DNA of 64,000 bases, taken from positions 1 through 64,000 of the forward strand of contig CAZVGK010000007.1 of the NCBI GenBank assembly GCA_964626665.1, in the 5' to 3' direction. Numbering within the stretch: the stretch's first letter is position 1; the number at the start of each line of letters is the position of its first letter. Origin of the DNA: an uncultured Gemmatimonadota bacterium. Its GTDB lineage: Bacteria; SM23-81; DAOVCL01. A model generated the notes under the pieces. It did not search any database. It had not been told where the DNA came from and was given only the letters and a program-made list of their open reading frames with translations. The position numbers and the translations under genes are program-made. This document shows, in pieces, positions 27,437-36,204 of this stretch.

Positions 27437-28766
27437 AGCGGTAATGGCGGTAATGATCCAGCAATTCCACCGCCTCCCTGAGGAACATCCTCACCCCCCT
27501 CTCCTTCAAATCCTTGGTCAACAGGGCTCTCACCCCTTGGTCCGCCCGAAATGAGGGGAAGGCCTGGCCGTAAAGTTCAATGACCTTCTCTAACATCAGG
27601 GAGTACTCGGAGGTGGAGAGGGGGGAAAGGGTAATGGTTTTCCCCTGAGGGACAAGCTCCTCTATCCCCTGGTAGTAAGGGGAAGAGGAGGGGGTATAGC
27701 CGAGGACCAAAAATATATGGGAGGGACGCTGATAAAGGTAGGGGAAGGGACGCATACCGGAGTGAATGTACCCCTCCTCATCAACCCAACCTACATTTAG
27801 GCCTGGGTCCCTCTCCCCATCCCCCTTCTTTATCGCGGTCAACCGAGGAAGGTTGAGGGCGGTGCCCACCAGGCCCTTAAAGAGATAAAGGCCAATCCTC
27901 TGATAGGGGGTCCACCAGAGGTGAAAGAGGGTCTCAGCCTCATCGATGACCAGCACCAACCCCTTTCCTCCTAATCCCTTAATCAGGTATCCTAAGCCGC
28001 TAAGCAGGTAACAGTAGATGTCCACTGCCGGGGTGTGATCTAAGAGGACCGGCAATTTCCAATATCTAAGGTAGTTTAAGTAATCCCTCCCCATCTCTTC
28101 CCCCCCGATCCAATTCCAGAGGGCAGGAAGGTCCTCATCCTGGGAGAGGAGCCAGAGGGCCTTGGAGAGGAAGAAATGGGGGGAGGGAAGGTCCATCCCC
28201 TTGGCTCTCCTCAATATTTCCGGGAAGCCTATCTCCTCATTCCCCTGGATAAACCTCAGGGTCCTGGTCAATTCCCGGTAGATGTGCTTGGGGCGATATG
28301 GGGTGACATCAAACCTATCGAGTTGCGCCCGGCCCACAGCGTATCCCTGCCGCAGGGCCCAGCCAAGGATATAGTCCAAGAGGTGGGTCTTCCCTGACCC
28401 ATACTCTCCCTCTATGGCCAGAACCTCACCGCCCTTGTGGGAGAAACCCTCAAAGGCCTGCTCCACCTCCCGCAGCTCCTTATCTCGGCCAAAGGTGAAG
28501 TCACTGATGGCCAAGGAGGGAACCACTCCTAATCTGAAGGCCTCGATCATCCTTCGTGATCGGAAATCCCCCCCCTTGGTGGGGATATGCCGGGGCTGAG
28601 CAGGTGGTTTCTTCCTCTCGACCGGGGTAAGCAGCTTTAAGGTCTCCCGGTTCATCCAAAGGGTGAGGCCATTGGCAAACTCCACCAAGAGATGCATCCC
28701 TCGCCATCTGGTATCCACAACCTTCCCCTCACCTAAGCCTTGATGATAGACCTTACTCCCAATCAT
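27417..28766 (-). CDS. BrxD/DUF2791-like P-loop ATPase with N-terminal Tudor-like beta domain
   Basis: IEAFRLGVVP...TFGR, Walker A GEYGSGKTH, Walker B LVLVIDEAE. Confidence 0.78.
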   Translation of the reverse strand: MIGSKVYHQGLGEGKVVDTRWRGMHLLVEFANGLTLWMNRETLKLLTPVERKKPPAQPRHIPTKGGDFRSRRMIEAFRLGVVPSLAISDFTFGRDKELREVEQAFEGFSHKGGEVLAIEGEYGSGKTHLLDYILGWALRQGYAVGRAQLDRFDVTPYRPKHIYRELTRTLRFIQGNEEIGFPEILRRAKGMDLPSPHFFLSKALWLLSQDEDLPALWNWIGGEEMGRDYLNYLRYWKLPVLLDHTPAVDIYCYLLSGLGYLIKGLGGKGLVLVIDEAETLFHLWWTPYQRIGLYLFKGLVGTALNLPRLTAIKKGDGERDPGLNVGWVDEEGYIHSGMRPFPYLYQRPSHIFLVLGYTPSSSPYYQGIEELVPQGKTITLSPLSTSEYSLMLEKVIELYGQAFPSFRADQGVRALLTKDLKERGVRMFLREAVELLDHYRHYRYEPQGV

Positions 28767-30044
28767 TTAATACTCCTTATGATTCGCCTCTTCCTGAAGC
28801 TCCATCTCCAAGGTCATCAATTGATCCCGAATAATCCTTCTGGCCATCTCCCTTCCTATGGGCTCAGCGGGATTGTTTCTCAGGAGGTGAAAGGCCTGAA
28901 TTATCCCCTTCACAAAGACCCGCCTATGGCCCACATCAGCATACCTCTCCTCATAGGCCACCTGGGCCAGGTGGGAGATGGTCTCCCTAAGGTTATCCCG
29001 GTGGAAGCTAAAGGGGGGATAGGCAGCCTGGTAGATAGCGGAGAGCTTCTCCCCCACTTCCCTGAGGAACTCCACCGGCTCCATCCCCAACTCCTCCAGG
29101 TTTATCCTCACCCCACTGGGATTAAGCCCAGTGAGAACCCCGGAAAGCCTCTGACGCAGGGCTTCATAGACCTCCAATCTCTCCTCCAAGAGCTGCCTTT
29201 CATCGGGAATGGCATAGAAGATCATCACCCCGGGGAGCCTGCTGTTTCCACATTCATCTATCAGTTGCCTGAGGTTATCCATAGCTGCCCTCCTCTCCCG
29301 GGAGGAGGCAATGCTTAAACCTCTCTCCGCCTCATCAAAGAGGAGGACCAGGCCTGCATAGCCAATGGCCTTGATCCACTGGGCCAAGGATCTGAGCTGG
29401 CGGAAGGCGGTGGGCTTGTCCACCCTTTCGGTGATCCCATACTCATTGCGGATGGGGCGATCGATCTCTTCCCCCTTCAACCACTGGAGTATCCGTTCAT
29501 AGTCCTGACCTCCCCTCTGCAGGGAGAGAAAGGCCTCCTTGACCGCATTGGCAAAGCTGGAGGACTCTATCCCTGCCAGGGAGCGGACATAGGAGGTGAG
29601 GTACTCCTCCCCTTTCTCCCCAAACTCCTCCACCTTCTCCATATACCAGTTGCGGAGGAAACCATCGATCCCCCTCTCCCAGGGCTTTATCTCTCCCTCC
29701 CCCCTCATCGGATACATCAGGTTGGCCATCGTAGCCTTATAGACAAGCTCCAGCTTGTTGAAGGGGCATTCCACCGGGGAGAGGGCCACATAACTTACCG
29801 CATAACCTCGCGACCAGCCTATATCCCTCATCCGGTAGAGGAAGTGGGTCTTCCCCCCTCCGTAATTGCCAACTACTAACTTGAAGGCCGAACCTCCTAA
29901 CTTGATAAAACTCTCTAAATACTCCTCATCTATTATCCCCAACCAGGGGTCCAACCCCACGGTAAAGGACTCTACCCCAAACTCTGGGGGGGTCCCGGTC
30001 CCCCCCAACCTGTTTATTATAGCCTTGGCCAACCCTGGTTTCAT
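28767..30044 (-). CDS. BrxD/DUF2791-like P-loop ATPase
   Basis: IINRLG.GTPP..GVE.FTVG, FKLVVGNYGGGKTHF, GYAGLVLLFDEAE, NLRQLID, YEALRQRL. Confidence 0.82.
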   Translation of the reverse strand: MKPGLAKAIINRLGGTGTPPEFGVESFTVGLDPWLGIIDEEYLESFIKLGGSAFKLVVGNYGGGKTHFLYRMRDIGWSRGYAVSYVALSPVECPFNKLELVYKATMANLMYPMRGEGEIKPWERGIDGFLRNWYMEKVEEFGEKGEEYLTSYVRSLAGIESSSFANAVKEAFLSLQRGGQDYERILQWLKGEEIDRPIRNEYGITERVDKPTAFRQLRSLAQWIKAIGYAGLVLLFDEAERGLSIASSRERRAAMDNLRQLIDECGNSRLPGVMIFYAIPDERQLLEERLEVYEALRQRLSGVLTGLNPSGVRINLEELGMEPVEFLREVGEKLSAIYQAAYPPFSFHRDNLRETISHLAQVAYEERYADVGHRRVFVKGIIQAFHLLRNNPAEPIGREMARRIIRDQLMTLEMELQEEANHKEY

Positions 30045-30048
30045 TGGC

Positions 30049-30855
30049 TTACCCCCTTATGGAGAGATAGGCATATCTCGTCCCCTTCTCCTCATCATCA
30101 GGGACAAAGATTACTTTGTCTCTCCTCTTTGTTGCCTCGAAAGTAGCCACCCAGAGGGATAACTCCTCCCCCCTTATCCTCCTTAAGCGGTAGAGATCGT
30201 AGCCAAATTGTGCCCTTCCGTAACCAATATAATTCGACTTGATGGGATTTGCCTTAAACCTATCCCCTTGCCTGAGAAAGGCAAGCTCTCCCAAAACCCC
30301 AACAATCAGTGCCCTCTCCCCTTCCCCTCCCCTTAAGGCCCGGTGGTAGGCCTCCTTGAGCAGGGAGAGATAAGAATCGGGCTCAAATGGGCTTCCCTTA
30401 AGCTCCTCCTCAAACCTGAGGATGGAATCTACCACCTCCTGGGGGTTAAGCCTTATCTTCTTCACCGGTTCCGGCCCCCAGGAGATGGCCACCTCCCCCT
30501 GCAGGAAGTTGGGCTTCAGGGAGTAGAGGCCAGCATAGAGGTTAGGATACTGCCCACGCAGCTTAAACCCCTTAGCCTGCAACTCCCCCTCTAACTTCCG
30601 GCCAAAGTCGGATTTAAACTCCTCCTTCCACCGCTTTAACCTCAGCCTCTGATCATCCAGCCAGCGGCTCAAATTGGGGATAAGCTGGCCAGGTTCCAAC
30701 CCAGCCTTGAGCTTCTCCATCTTCAAAAGGAGGGCCTCCATAACAAAGGGATTGGAAGAGGGCTCCCCCTCCATTCTCCCATATCCAGCCAGAAGATTGG
30801 CCAACTCCTTGGCCCTCCTCTGAAACCTCAAAAGCCTATCCCTTAACTCCTTCAT
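30049..30855 (-). CDS. Hypothetical protein (helical/coiled-coil N-terminus), first gene of the ATPase-helicase operon
   Basis: ATG 30855 after AGGGGGA RBS; 4-bp gap to the ATPase; no family recognised. Confidence 0.75.
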   Translation of the reverse strand: MKELRDRLLRFQRRAKELANLLAGYGRMEGEPSSNPFVMEALLLKMEKLKAGLEPGQLIPNLSRWLDDQRLRLKRWKEEFKSDFGRKLEGELQAKGFKLRGQYPNLYAGLYSLKPNFLQGEVAISWGPEPVKKIRLNPQEVVDSILRFEEELKGSPFEPDSYLSLLKEAYHRALRGGEGERALIVGVLGELAFLRQGDRFKANPIKSNYIGYGRAQFGYDLYRLRRIRGEELSLWVATFEATKRRDKVIFVPDDEEKGTRYAYLSIRG

Positions 30856-30947
30856 ATTCCCCCTTCTATGGCCTTCAGTCAACCTTTACTTGCTGTTGGG
30901 GTTGAAGCCAGAATCATCGAAGTGGGTTGGCAACTCCCCTCGCTATA

Positions 30948-30975
30948 ATTATAACCTTTACCTTCCCGAAATCAA
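30948..30975 (-). promoter_or_regulatory. Putative sigma70 promoter of the four-gene operon
   Basis: TTGATT-16 bp-TATAAT on minus strand. Confidence 0.5.
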
Positions 30976-31629
30976 GCAAATTATTTTCTCGAAAATAGCT
31001 CCCTGGCTAAATCACTGCTTCCCTAACTGAACAACCATCTCCGTAGTTGCCGATTATATCAGGTAACTAACTCTTCAGAGCCGAGGGATTACAATTTGCC
31101 TCTGTTACTTGAATGGGGAACTGGCGTGGGGAGTAAAGAAAACAGCTAAAGAATTTCTAAAAATAGCCGATAATAGGATCAAACTGTAGTAGCCCACAAC
31201 AAAAATCAAACATAATCGTTGCTTCTGTCGTTATGGATGATGAAATCCATAAGGAGACAAGATGTGGAGGACATCTCCCCTGGGCGGAGCCTCGGGCAAG
31301 CCTGATGTCGACTTTACCTCTCCCTTGCAGGGAAAGGTTGGAGCCTACCCTGAGTCTTCGGCCCGAACTCAAGCCGAGAACTTGCCGAAGGATGAGGGTG
31401 AAATTCCCCTCTAAGAAACCCCCTCCTTCTAACTCCCTCCCACCAGTGGAGGGAGAATTATAATCGAGGTCTGGAGACCTCTCCCACAACTGTGGTCAGA
31501 GAACAGGGATCAGGGGAATCCATGGCAACCGACACCTGCCTGCCGTGCTCCCTGACCTCCGTAAGCTGTCAACAATTGGATAAAATTTTTTGTGAGCCAC
31601 TATAGTTGCTCAAATTATCAATTTTCCCC

Positions 31630-31658
31630 TTGACAGACCTTTTGTAATCTGATAATCT
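31630..31658 (+). promoter_or_regulatory. Putative sigma70 promoter
   Basis: TTGACA-17 bp-TAATCT ~30 bp before ATG 31688. Confidence 0.5.
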
Positions 31659-31687
31659 TGAGAACAAAATCTAAACCAGGAGGAAAA

Positions 31688-33796
31688 ATGAGGGGCAAAA
31701 AGCTTATATTCTCCATATTTACCCTAATCCTGATGTTCGGGCTCTGGACAGGCTGTGGGAAGAAGGAGGGCCTTAACCCCGTCCAGGAAACCACTGGCAC
31801 AGTTTTCATAGATACCCTTTACGCTTCCTCTGATACCCTGCAGGCTGGCGATACCCTGCTCATCACCGCCAGGGTAGTGGATGAGGACAACCTGCCCCGG
31901 CAGGGGGAGACGGTCAATTTCACTACCTCCTATGGAACCATAAGCCCAGGCTCGGCTACCTCGGATAGCCAGGGAGGGGTTTGGACCAACCTCATTGCCC
32001 AAGCCGATACCGCCGATCATCTGGCCAGGGTAACGGCAACGGTCACATCAAGTGGGGACAGCATGGGGCTCACCATCCCCGTTAAAGGAAGAAGGGAGGT
32101 GACCCCAGGCGCACCCTTTAATATCAGCCTAAAGATAACCCCCACCTCCCCCCTGTTGGCCAATGGGGCGGACACGGCCACCGTTGTGGCCACTGTAACC
32201 GACATCCAGGGTCAGCCTGTTCCTGATGGAACACCGGTCACCTTCGTTGCGGGGGAGAAATTTGTGGATATCAACGGCGATGGCTCCTTCACCTCAGGGG
32301 TGGACTCCCTGGTCATTGATGCCAACGGCGATGGGGAGTGGAATGCAGTGGGGAGCATCCCCTCAACGGCAACCACCTCCGGTGGCCAGGCTACCGTCCA
32401 CTACATCTCCGGAACAAGCCCTCAAGCGGTCTACATCAAAGCCACCGCGGGGGCCGCCCAGAGCGATGGAGTAATCACCCTCAAGCCCTTGAGGCAAATC
32501 TGGGGTATAGACATTGGGGTGGACAGATCCTTCATTCAGGTCAAGGGGACCGGAGGAAATGAGGTGTGCGAGATCACGGCAACCGGACTGGACATATTCA
32601 ACAATCCCGTCCCTCAGGGATTGGAGATCTCCTTCCGCATCCTCCAGGGGCCAGCGGGAGGCGAGAGCCTGGAGGACTCCGGCTACGGGCCGATAACGAA
32701 GCTAACCGACTCCGGCGGCCAGGCCAAGGTTCATCTACACAGCGGCACCCTCTCGGGAACCGTGCAAATCGAAGCCTTCTCCGATGGGGTCTATTCCCAG
32801 GCAACTCAGGTGACGATCTGCAGTGGTCCCCCTTATGTTATCTCCCTGAGCGCAGATCCGCTAAACATAAGGGGTTGGGACATAGATGATGTCCCTTCAA
32901 ATGTTTTGGCAATAGTCAGCGACAGGTTTGGCAATCCAGTTCCAGACGGCACCGCAGTTTACTTCTCTACGGAGGAGGGGCAGGTAGAGACGAAGAACAG
33001 CGTTACCACAAATGGAAAGACTGAAGTTACCTACATCAGTTCCACTGACCCTTGGGATGACGGCATAGCCTGGGTGGTGGGCTCCACCAGAACCACCGAT
33101 CCCCAGACAAGAACCATCAAGGACAGCGTGGGAATTATCGTTTCCGGACCGCCGGTTACCATCAACTTTATCGGGTATCCCCCGAGCTTGGAAGCGGACG
33201 GAAAGGACAAGGGCAAGATATTTGTGGAGGTCTTAGATGTAAACGGCCACTATGTTGTAGGGGGGACCGAGGTTAAGTTCGAGACGACTCAGGGGACGAT
33301 CAGCGGCTCGGCAACAACTGAGGATGGGGTGCATGCCAGCATAGCCGAGGCCGAGATAACCAGTGAGATATTGGATAAGGACTACTCACTCACTACCCCT
33401 GATGATGGAATAGGAGCTGTTGCTGCTGTAACGGCAAGATCAGGGTTGCTCGGGGGGGCTAGTGCCACTGTAAACATCAACTTCCGCACTACCTCGGCCA
33501 GTTCAGAAAATTCCTCCATTGATATTCCCGCTACGGTGGATATTAGTTCTCAAAATGCCTTCTCGGTTAATATCGAGGACTACTATGGCAACCCCTTGGG
33601 GGGACACCAATTAAATGTAAGCTCCCAAGGAGGAGGGTCAGTTGCTCCTCCTTCTGGGACAACAAATGAATATGGAGTGGCCTCCGGTTTCATCTTCACT
33701 GCTCCCCCTGATTCGGGGAAGGTCTCCATCATAGTGGAAGATGCTGATCCAGGCTATGGAGGGATTACCTTGAGCAAAACGGTTGAGGTCAAATGA
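31688..33796 (+). CDS. Lipoprotein with tandem invasin/intimin-type Ig-like (Big_1) domains
   Basis: Lipobox WTGC; repeated ANGADTATVVATVTD..GQPVPDGTPVTF / DRFGNPVPDGTAVYFST; start at ATG 31688 (AGGAGG RBS). Confidence 0.85.
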   Translation: MRGKKLIFSIFTLILMFGLWTGCGKKEGLNPVQETTGTVFIDTLYASSDTLQAGDTLLITARVVDEDNLPRQGETVNFTTSYGTISPGSATSDSQGGVWTNLIAQADTADHLARVTATVTSSGDSMGLTIPVKGRREVTPGAPFNISLKITPTSPLLANGADTATVVATVTDIQGQPVPDGTPVTFVAGEKFVDINGDGSFTSGVDSLVIDANGDGEWNAVGSIPSTATTSGGQATVHYISGTSPQAVYIKATAGAAQSDGVITLKPLRQIWGIDIGVDRSFIQVKGTGGNEVCEITATGLDIFNNPVPQGLEISFRILQGPAGGESLEDSGYGPITKLTDSGGQAKVHLHSGTLSGTVQIEAFSDGVYSQATQVTICSGPPYVISLSADPLNIRGWDIDDVPSNVLAIVSDRFGNPVPDGTAVYFSTEEGQVETKNSVTTNGKTEVTYISSTDPWDDGIAWVVGSTRTTDPQTRTIKDSVGIIVSGPPVTINFIGYPPSLEADGKDKGKIFVEVLDVNGHYVVGGTEVKFETTQGTISGSATTEDGVHASIAEAEITSEILDKDYSLTTPDDGIGAVAAVTARSGLLGGASATVNINFRTTSASSENSSIDIPATVDISSQNAFSVNIEDYYGNPLGGHQLNVSSQGGGSVAPPSGTTNEYGVASGFIFTAPPDSGKVSIIVEDADPGYGGITLSKTVEVK

Positions 33797-34581
33797 GAAG
33801 GAGGGATGTTATGGTCAAAAGGATAGCCGTTGGTGCCATTCTCTGTTTCCTCGTTTCTATCCCCAATATAAAGGAGAGCAGAGCCCAATCCTTGGGAAAT
33901 GTGATCGGGATAGAGGAGGCGAGGGGGGAAAGGGTAGCGGTTGAATATAACTATGTGGGAAGGATTGTGGAGGAGAGCGGGGCGACGTCGCCCAAGAAGT
34001 TTGAGATCGCCTCTCACCGCTTTTTCATCAAGGGAACCTATGGTCTATCCGATTATGCAGACTTTTTCCTGAAGCTGGGAGCGGCGAACCTTAAGGTCCC
34101 CTCCAAAGCCGCTGGTTTCAGTGATTTCCAGGGCGATACCCGCTTCGCCTATGGTGGGGGGATAAAAATTAAGCCCATAAAAATAGGGAGATCGAGGTTC
34201 CTCCTTATGGGCCTGGGGGTGGCCTTTACCTCCCAGGGCTCTGTCCAGAACAACCATTTTCGTATCAACAACAAATATGATTGGAGGGAATATCAGGCCG
34301 CCCTGGCCTTTGCCACTCAGATAAAGAAGGTTGACCTCTATCTGGGGTTGGAGAAAACCTGGCTTGATGGAAAGAAGGATTGGACCAAGTATCTAATCTC
34401 CTCCAACCAGTCGATGGCCAAAAGCAGCAATGACTTCTCCGACGACCAGCAATCCCTCCGTCCAGTCATCGGGCTGGATATCCAACTGCCCCAGGGTTAT
34501 GCGCTATCCTTAGAGGCGGGAGGGGTGGGCAAGAACGAGATAACTCTGATGCTGGGCTTCAGTCAGAAATCATCAAGGTAA
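33793..34581 (+). CDS. Hypothetical outer-membrane beta-barrel protein
   Basis: Signal peptide, alternating beta-strand pattern (FAYGGGIK, YDWREYQAALAF). Confidence 0.65.
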   Translation: MRRRDVMVKRIAVGAILCFLVSIPNIKESRAQSLGNVIGIEEARGERVAVEYNYVGRIVEESGATSPKKFEIASHRFFIKGTYGLSDYADFFLKLGAANLKVPSKAAGFSDFQGDTRFAYGGGIKIKPIKIGRSRFLLMGLGVAFTSQGSVQNNHFRINNKYDWREYQAALAFATQIKKVDLYLGLEKTWLDGKKDWTKYLISSNQSMAKSSNDFSDDQQSLRPVIGLDIQLPQGYALSLEAGGVGKNEITLMLGFSQKSSR

Positions 34582-34618
34582 ATTCCCAACTACCAAGAAC
34601 TGCTTAAAGGAGGTTTCT

Positions 34619-34915
34619 ATGACCGATCAACCGCCGAAATTCTTCAAGAACCCAGGAATTGCCACTGTTCTTTCCTTCTTCTATATGGGACTTGGTCAAA
34701 TCTATAACGGACAGATTGGCAAAGGGATTGGCTTCATCATCCTCTATGCGGCATCCATCGCCCTGATGTTTGTCATAGTTGGTTTCATCACCACGCCCCT
34801 ACTCTGGATATGGGGGATGATTGATGCAAACAGATCAGCCAAGAAGATCAATGAGGAGTTAGCTGCGGGGTCACCACAAAATCAGACTCTAACCGAGGGC
34901 ACAAATAGCAGTTAA
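34619..34915 (+). CDS. Small membrane protein (TM2-like)
   Basis: KNPGIATVLSFFYMGLGQIYNGQIGKG, WIWGMIDA. Confidence 0.8.
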   Translation: MTDQPPKFFKNPGIATVLSFFYMGLGQIYNGQIGKGIGFIILYAASIALMFVIVGFITTPLLWIWGMIDANRSAKKINEELAAGSPQNQTLTEGTNSS

Positions 34916-34984
34916 CCCGGATTAGTCATAGGTCAGATGTTCTCATCCTCACCGACGGGCTATCAGGTGCCCAGACTTGAAGGC

Positions 34985-35025
34985 AAACCAGGCGGCAGAA
35001 CCGGAGTTCTGCCGCCTGGTTTTTT
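34985..35025 (+). terminator. Rho-independent terminator-like hairpin
   Basis: aaaccaggcggcagaac-loop-gttctgccgcctggttt followed by T-run. Confidence 0.65.
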
Positions 35026-35238
35026 GTCTCCAAAGAAGTCCTCCAGCGTAGCGATAGAAAAGCCCGCCTTCCTTAACCACAGCAGGTCACACATCTTCTT
35101 ACCCCCCTTACAGCTATATCATAGGGATTGGGTTGAGGCCCAAATCCATCGCCAACTCCCCAGAAATATCAGTGGACTCGGAAATTATCGGTTGACGGCC
35201 CCACCCCTTTTTGCTAATTTAACCCCGAAAGGAGCAAA

Positions 35239-36204
35239 TTGCCGCGCATAAGAATAGGTGTAATTGGGGTTGGCCACTTAGGCAAGTATCATCTCCAGAG
35301 GCTTTTAGAGCTTCCCCTAGCCCAGGTGGTGGGCCTCTTTGATAAAGACCAGGCAAAGGGGGAAAGGGTAGCCAAAAGTCTGGGGGTGAGGGCCTGGCCC
35401 CACCTAAGTGACCTCCTCAAGGAGGCAGAGGCCGTAGTGGTTGCTGTCCCCACCAGCTCCCATTACGAGGTAGTTATAGAGGCCCTCTCTCAGGGGCTGG
35501 CGGTCCTGGTGGAGAAACCCCTTGCCGGTAGATTGGATGAGGGGGTGGAGATGGTGAAGATGGCCCAAAGCAAGGGGAAGGTCCTTCAGGTAGGACATAT
35601 AGAGAGGTTCAACCCCGCCTTTACCTCGCTTAGGGGGTTGAAAATTGAGCCCCGGTTTATAGAGGCCCATAGGCTCTCCCCCTTCCACCCGCGGGGAATG
35701 GATGTGGCTGTGGTCTTGGACCTGATGATCCACGACCTGGACCTTGTCCTTGCCCTGGTCAACTCCCCTCTACAGTCCGTGGAGGCTATGGGGGTGGCTG
35801 TGGTCTCTGATCAGGAGGACATCACCAACGCCCGCCTTAGCTTTGAAAACGGCTGTGTGGCCAATCTCACGGCCAGCAGGATATCGGCCAAATCGATGCG
35901 CAAGCTGCGCATTTTCCAGAGGGATTCCTATCTCTCCCTCGATTTTATCCAGAAGAACACAGAGGTATACAGGCTTCTCCCCTCCTCAGGAGGGGTCAAT
36001 GGCGAAAAGATATTTGACCTTGCTGGCCGGTACCTTATCCGCAAACTAATAACCGACAAGGGGGTTGATCCCCTCAAGGAGGAGCTCTCCTCATTCCTCT
36101 CGGCAATAGCAGGCCACCATCCTCCCCCTGTCTCTGGCCAGGAAGGGCTAAAGGCCCTAAGGTTGGCCCTGAGGGTGTTAGAGGCCATAAGATGCAGAAC
36201 TTAG
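35239..36204 (+). CDS. Gfo/Idh/MocA oxidoreductase, possibly GnnA-like
   Basis: IGVIGVGHLG, LVEKP, VGHIERFNPA, VVLDLMIHDLD, ANLTASRIS; coupled to lpxB. Confidence 0.85.
   Translation: MPRIRIGVIGVGHLGKYHLQRLLELPLAQVVGLFDKDQAKGERVAKSLGVRAWPHLSDLLKEAEAVVVAVPTSSHYEVVIEALSQGLAVLVEKPLAGRLDEGVEMVKMAQSKGKVLQVGHIERFNPAFTSLRGLKIEPRFIEAHRLSPFHPRGMDVAVVLDLMIHDLDLVLALVNSPLQSVEAMGVAVVSDQEDITNARLSFENGCVANLTASRISAKSMRKLRIFQRDSYLSLDFIQKNTEVYRLLPSSGGVNGEKIFDLAGRYLIRKLITDKGVDPLKEELSSFLSAIAGHHPPPVSGQEGLKALRLALRVLEAIRCRT

Noticed and set aside
25448-30855. Canonical BREX system
   Set aside because: No PglX methylase, PglZ, BrxC/PglY or BrxL nearby; only BrxD-like ATPases and a helicase. The lon at 15 kb is a standard housekeeping Lon.
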